Of a DNA stretch of 64,000 nt, positions 58,690-64,000 are shown in pieces. Location: contig MCFH01000001.1 of assembly GCA_002104945.1 (NCBI GenBank), positions 2,561,576-2,625,575 on the forward strand. Reading direction: 5' to 3'. The translations under genes were made by a program, and so were the position numbers. A model generated the notes under the pieces. The model made no database searches and was not told the DNA's origin. It saw only the letters and a list, made by a program, of their open reading frames with translations. The stretch comes from Piromyces finnis finn (lineage: Eukaryota; Fungi; Neocallimastigomycota). Positions within the stretch are counted from its first letter, which is position 1. Every line of letters begins with the position of its first letter.

Positions 58690-61600
58690 ATGAAGTTATT
58701 ACAACAGTTTAATATTATATTTTTCATTAACTGTAGTCTATATTTAATAGGAGTGTATACAAGTATGTAATAAAAAATAAAAACAGGATTTATTGGGAAA
58801 AAAAATTGATTATTTTATTTTATTCACACTATTCATACTATTTATCTATTATATATATATATAAATTTTCATTTATTGAATATTTAATTAAATTATTAGA
58901 GGTTTATCAATTTAATGTAGTAGCACCAGTTGAGAGAAATACAACAGCCATAGGGTTAAATATAAATAATAATATTATTAATTTAGATGATACGGATTAT
59001 CCAATTTGGAAAGGGGAACTTGATATAAATGAAAGGACGCCATATCATTACTTATCTTATTCTGTATATAACAACAATGAAATAATAGAGGAAGAAAATT
59101 TTAATAGATCAATTCAACCATTAACTAAAAATTCTAATAAACTATTAAATGATTTTTTTGGAAGAATAAATACTTTATTTCAACATCCAAAACTATACGA
59201 TAAACGTAATAAATATTTCAGTAATGAATTTAACAATGAAAAAAAAAAATTCTCGGAATTATTTAGTGATCGATATATATCTACCATTTATTTTACCGGT
59301 CATTTTTCAAAATTTAAAAAATTAGAAAAGGCACATTACATGGATGAAACTATTCCTTCCTTAAATATTAATGCCACCATCATTACCCCCTATACTGTAA
59401 AAAAATATAATAATTTATTGTTGGAGATTAACCTTTATGCCGAAAATATAAATACAGATATATATACTTCATACTATTTTAGTAAATATAAAATTCATGA
59501 TCATATCAACTCAAATAAAAGCTCTTATTTTCTTACATTTAAGGATTATAGTTCTATTGAATCCTTATCCTCTTTTGACCTTAATGACTCTAATATCTAT
59601 AATAAAACGAGTATTCAACTTTTATCTTCATCTACAGACCGTCTTTTGATCCGTACTAAAATGTATACGGATATGTGTAATATAATTGGTATCCCATCGG
59701 TTGATGTAGGTTATACACGTATTTATTTCAATGATATTCCAATTGGATTTTATTTAATAAAAGAAAATCCAAATATACAATATTTTGAACAAAATTATAA
59801 TACTTTAAGGGAATATAGTCAAATAGACGGTCATTATTCTCCAATGGATTATGTTGGCGATTTTAATTTGACATCATCAGATCCAAAATTATTAAATAAT
59901 AAAACTACAGATAATTATTCAAGTTTTTGGTATCAAGGAAAAAAAGATCAAGATATTTTTCATTCAAAAGAAGATATTGCTTCTCTTTTTAAAAATTTTC
60001 AACCACCCACTTCTTTAGACGATATTAAAAAGAATTTTGCTGTTGATCCTTTTTTAAAAAATATGGCACTTGATTATATTGTTAATAATCAGCATGGATA
60101 TTTATATAATGGCACTAATTATTTTTTATACTACGAAAATGTAAATACTTTTTTTTTTTTTTTTTAACATTTTAAATATTATAATTTTTTTATAAGTTCA
60201 ATTTATTATTTTCATTGCATTATCTAATATTTATTAACTTTTTTTTAATGCTTAATATAACCAAATTTCTTCATATATATTATATTTAAAAACGAAAATA
60301 TAAAAAAAAAAATTTAAGAATAATAATAAATGGAATTTTCATGAAGGATATTATACTTCACCATTTAATAATTGGAGTAAAAATTTCACTTTAATTGATT
60401 ATAAATCATATCGTTTTATGGGAAAGGGAGAAATTGATATTGAAAGACCAACATTTGATTATTTAATGTCATTCCCAAATTTACAAAATCTTTTTGAAAA
60501 TTATTTGAAAAATATTTCATTAGAACTTTTTGGAACTGTAAATTATTTCAAAAGAATGGCTAGTATTTTCAATATGATAAATGATGATTTAAAATGGGAT
60601 ATTTTACTTCATCCTGTATATAATAATACTGTACTCACTGAAAATGAAAATAGAATGTTCAAATTTTTAAAAATTAAAAATGATTATGAATATTTAATGA
60701 GATTTATATCCAGTAGAAAGGAACGTATAATAGATTATTATGGATTTTCTATTCCTTTCAATATCTACTCTTTATTTACTACTGCATTTTTAATTTCATT
60801 AGTAGTAATATTACTTCACCTTCTTTATGCCGTGCTCATTAATCCTTTTGTATGGAATATCTCAGACAAAAATACACGAGTTTTACCCCATACTTTTCTC
60901 AAACTTTGGGCACTTGCTATAGTTTTGTTAATTATTTTGGTTACATCAATTTATTTCTTGATTAGATATAATTTAACTGATAATTTTATTAAAAATATAC
61001 ATAGAAAAATTCATAATTACATTGTTAGTTACTATGGTACTTACAATCAGACCTACATTAAATTAACTATTATATTATGGTTAATTCTTAACAGAGAAAG
61101 TTTTCTTATTTTCTTAGGGGCTCCATTTGTTCCTTGGCCGTCGTTTAATAAAAAGAAATTAATTAATATTGAAAGTGATAGTAATAACTCTTTTTATTTC
61201 AATAACTTATATGAAGAACAAACCGAAAATAATTACACTACTACTAAAACATTGAGTAACAATTATTCAAGTACCACATTTATCAATAGTAATATTGATT
61301 ATGAATTAAGTGAAACAAATTCATATAGTTTTGATGTAAATCATAATAAAAATATAAATAATTTTAGTCATTCTGATCCTGATTCGTGTATTTCTGATAT
61401 GGGGGACGTGTCTATAATAACTGAGTCTGTAAATGAGAAACTTAGTAGTCACAATTATAGAGAAAGCATCATATCAAAAGAAGAACTCTTTCACTCAAAA
61501 TATAATCCTTCGTATACGGATGAACAATCAAAAATAATTTCTATGTATCAAAATATTAAGCATGGTTTTTTAATTGTTTGTCATAATAGTTCTGATGTAT

Positions 61601-62988
61601 TACCAGCAACCCTGGAATGTTTATTGAAAGTAACTACTCCAATGTGCATATTTATAGCAGAAAATGGTTCCAATCCCGAAGAAAAACAAAAAATGAAAGA
61701 AATAATAGATGAATTTAGCATCAAGTTTCGCTTAACTCACCCTAGCTATCAAGGATTAAATATTATTTATGCTAATTTAAATGAAGGCTCTAAAACCTTG
61801 GCTCAGTTTTGTTTACTAAATAATTTATTTTGGTTCGGTATAAATATTAAATATATATCTGTTATTGATGATGATGTACTAATTCCGGAAAATTGGGTGG
61901 AAGAAGAAATTCTGAGCTACTTTAATGATCCTAAAGTAAAGGCATTAGCTTATCCTATTACTGCAAGTAATCGTCGTGAAGGTATTGTACCTGCTTTTCA
62001 AAATTTTGAATATATTCTTTCAATGTATAGTAAAAAAATTCATAGAGATATTGGTACAGTTGTATTTCCAAGTGGAGCAATGGGTACATGGAGCATTCCA
62101 TTTTTATTAGAATGTCTTTATCTTCATGATACAGTATTTCGTGGAGATGATTTACAACTTGGACTTCGACTTCATACTATGTACGGAAAACCTCGTTTTT
62201 GTGATCCTAATAATATTCATGATGGTAATTATAAAATTGAAATGGCTCATGTTACTGTAGATACTTTTGTACCGGGATGTTATATACATTTAAAGGAGTA
62301 TCTTCCTAACTTTTTAGGAAAGTATCTAAAAGATTGCGCATGCGGTCAATATTCCCTATCACGTCAACGTATTGTGTATTGGGAACCTGCTCGTCATCGT
62401 TTTCTTTTAAAATTTTTAGACTGTATCTTCCATAAGTGTAAATTAAATCATCGAGCTACTCTTACAGCTAAATTGTTTTGTATTGACTTTGTTGTTACTG
62501 TTTTTAATGATTATCTTTTTATTGTATTATTGGTATATATGTTTTTAATGAAATCCTTTTTGCCTGCTTTAATGATTATATGTATTTGTTTTGCTCTCGC
62601 CTATCTTAGTTTAGATATTTTCAATATAGTTATTGCCAGAGGAAAACCAGAAATTAAGCTACCATTTGAAGTTTGTGTCATTTTCCCTATTTGCTATCAA
62701 TTTGTTTCTACTCTTTTCTATAGAATTTCTACCATTATCTACACTTTATCCTATTATGTTCCTTTTGTAAGAAATAACGTTAAAATTAACAAGAGAGCCC
62801 TTAAAAAAGATATTAGTAATATGACTATGAATGATATTTTTACTGAGACCGATTCTGAAAAAGCTATTGCTTACGTATCTGATGTATCTATCTATTTAAA
62901 TAATAGAAAGAGATCAAAACGTAAAATAATAGATGAAAAGATGTATTTATTTAAGAATAAGTTTACAAAGGAAACAAAAAATATATAG
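58690..62988 (+). CDS. 3-exon fusion of signal peptide, CotH-like (pseudo)kinase ectodomain, 3 TM, cytoplasmic GT2 glycosyltransferase and C-terminal TMs, 1327 aa; exons 58690-58762, 58900-60140, 60319-62988
   Basis: Splice sites A|GTATGT..TTAG|AG and AAT|GTAAAT..TTAAG|AAT give 3984 nt in frame. CotH-like TDRLLIRTK, GFYLIKE, NGTNYFLY|NNNKW. GT2 motifs IVCHNS, VIDDDV, SGAMGTW, FRGDDL, LSRQRIVYW. Confidence 0.85.
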
Positions 62989-64000
62989 AATTAATAAAAA
63001 AAAAATATTTAAAAAAAAATACTTTGAATGTTAAAAGAATAAAAATTCACTAATAAAAATTTTAGCTATTAAAATATTTCATTGTTATAATTATGATAAA
63101 AAAACAGTACATTGCTTTAAATTTAGAAAGTAATCAATGAAAATAAAAAATAAAAAATAAAAAAAAGTATTAATACTCTATGAAATATTCACAATATATA
63201 TATAATATATTAATATTTTTATAGATATTTATAATATTCATTTATATTTATATTATAAAAACATTATAAGCATAGTACCTAAGCCCTATTAATATTACAT
63301 TATTTTGTAATTGTAATAATAAGTTCTTATCAATTACGAAAAAAATAAGTAAATAATAAAAAAAAAGTGATAAACATAAAAATACTATAAATGCATTATA
63401 CTTATAATATATATCAAATAGTAGTTTATAATTTAAAAATAAAGATATATTAATATTTGAATATATTAATTAGCATAATTATTTCTTGAATAAATAATAT
63501 TCATAAATTCTTATATTTATATATATAGAATTAAGCATTTACATTATAAATATTATAACATGTAGTTTAAATAAATTAATGAAAAAAAGACTAAATCATA
63601 TCATTTATAATTGATTAATATTTTTTATTTAGTACATCTTTTATTTCATAAAAATTAGGTAAATGATTTTAGGAAAACCAGTTTTGAATAAAAAACTAAT
63701 ATTCCAATGTAACTACTACACTTTTTATTAATAATAATAATAATCTTAAAACAAGATTTAGGGTGATTATTATTTAAAAGAATTTCTTAATCCTTTGATT
63801 TTTTATTATTATTATTTATATTTATGTATTTAATATTTCATAATTAAGTCTTTTATATGCAATAGATTAATATTCAATAAATTTATAAATAGAATAATAA
63901 ATAAAACAACATTAGAAAATGATGATTTTAAATTTTTTTGTATTTCAAAACTTAAAGATGCTGATATATTTTCTACTTATTATGGTCACCGAAAAAACTA

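Overview
Extremely AT-rich eukaryotic DNA with short GT-AG introns. The fungal dockerin (CBM10), CBM18 repeats, several CotH genes and AAT/AAAAT microsatellites point to an anaerobic gut fungus (Neocallimastigomycota); this is inferred from gene content. Left to right: the 3' >9.7 kb of a giant intronless multi-vWA gene; an intronless sacsin/GHKL-ATPase gene with a DUF3883-like tail; a degraded Cys-rich membrane gene; a 2-exon 7-TM gene; a ~7.5 kb gene-poor stretch; a dockerin-bearing CE1 feruloyl esterase; an APE-RT LINE with a frameshift, a missing 3' end and an upstream hairpin-rich repeat; three decayed LRR genes (one with CBM18 repeats); a CotH-4xCBM18 gene; a 4-exon Lag1/TLC gene with an altered HH motif; and a head-to-head pair of an intact-looking, probably GPI-anchored CotH kinase and a 3-exon gene fusing a CotH pseudokinase ectodomain to a membrane GT2 glycosyltransferase. 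That fusion and its partner, and the giant vWA plus sacsin-like pair, are the best candidates for undescribed systems. Domain calls come from motifs read by eye; no database search was run.
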